A DNA stretch of 64,000 nt, taken from the NCBI GenBank assembly GCA_013265495.1, contig MU058009.1, positions 870,001 to 934,000 of the forward strand. Direction: 5' to 3'. Below the pieces are notes generated by a model. That model was not told where the DNA came from and made no database searches. It worked only from the letters and a program-made list of their open reading frames with translations. Both the position numbers and the translations under genes were made by a program. Below, in pieces: positions 63,178 to 64,000 of the stretch (its first letter is position 1; each line of letters opens with the position of its first letter). The DNA comes from Vicugna vicugna. Taxonomy: Eukaryota.

Positions 63178-64000
63178 CAGCACTCTTGTCTTATGTGTGG
63201 TTTCGGTTACCCAAGATCAACGTTCAGAAAATATTAAATGAAAAATCCCAGAAATAAACAATTCATAAATTTTAAATTGCATGCTGCTCCGTGTAGGTGA
63301 TGAACCCTTGAGCTGTTCCACTCCATCCCTCATGGGACGTGAATTATCCCTTTGTTCAGCATCCGCCACCCATTAGTCACCTAGGAGCCCTTTCCCTTGT
63401 GAGACAGGCTTTCCCAGGGTAGCGGTGCCTGCATTCAAGTAACCCTTATTTTACTTCATGATGGCCCCAAAGCGCATGAGCAGTGAGGCTGGCAATCCTC
63501 CATGCCAAGGAGAAGCTGTAAAGTACTTCCTTCAAGTGAAAAGGTGAAAGTTCCCAACTTAATAAGGAAAGAAGGAAAGTTGCATGCCGAAGTGGCTAAG
63601 ATCTATAGTAAGAACATGGCCTCTGTCTGTGAAATTGTGAAGAAGGAGAAAGAAATGGGTACTATAATTTTGCTGTTGCACCTAAAACTACAAAAGTTAG
63701 GGCCACCGTGTGTGATAAGTGCTTAGTTAAGATGGAAAAGACATTAAATTTATAGGAGAAGATATTTTGAGAGAGCAAGACATCGGATTCACATAACTTT
63801 TATGGCAGTGAATTGTTACACTTGTTTTATTTTATTATTTGTTATTGTTGTTACTCTCTTACTGCGTCTAATTTATAAATTAAACAGTATCATAGTACAT
63901 ACTGTAGGAAAAAAAAAACACAGTGTGTGTACAGGGTTTGGTACCGTCTGTGGTTTCAGGCATCCGCTGGGGGCCATGGAACATACTCCCCATGGATAAG
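63178..64000 (+). mobile_element. MER44/Tigger7-type (TcMar-Tigger) deletion derivative; right end runs off the window
   Basis: TA|cag...cttat...ggtttcggttaccc...cagaaataaacaattcata; 3' part ggtttcaggcatccgctggggg.c.tggaac.ta.tccccatggataag. Confidence 0.9.
63461..63745 (+). pseudogene. Frameshifted N-terminal remnant of a Tigger7-type transposase (psq/CENP-B-type HTH)
   Basis: ATG at 63461 gives MAPKRMSSEAGN; ORF 63502 (41 nt downstream, different frame) gives MPRRSCKVLPSSEKVKV..LIRKE...AEVAKIYSKN.ASV.EIVKKEKE. Confidence 0.8.

Noticed and set aside
1..64000. CRISPR array, operon or other prokaryote-type system
   Set aside because: The sequence is mammalian repeat-rich DNA with no repeat-spacer periodicity or gene-dense ORFs

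Overview
Mammalian genomic DNA, very likely camelid (camel/alpaca/llama), judged from a tRNA-Ala-derived Vic-1-type SINE at ~21.4 kb and young L1 3' ends of the matching type. The window reads as deep intronic or intergenic sequence. I recognise no host protein-coding exon; the ORF track is chance ORFs, L1 ORF2 remnants and one Tigger7-type transposase fragment. Much of the window is interspersed repeat: L1 of several ages, L2, L3/CR1, MIR, MLT1/MLT2 solo LTRs, and Tigger and Charlie/MER DNA transposons. Repeat-poor, motif-dense blocks lie between these and may be enhancers. The most notable observations are: (1) a candidate 18-nt frame-preserving microexon at 9638-9655; (2) a 304-bp head-to-tail duplication with a single CpG difference; (3) sharply localised GC/CpG-gain patches inside old repeats, suggesting GC-biased gene conversion, one of which forms a CpG-island-like patch on a probable MIR; (4) several nested or inverted transposon insertions. 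I found no supportable novel gene system. Repeat names come from remembered consensus sequences and need a RepeatMasker/Dfam check.
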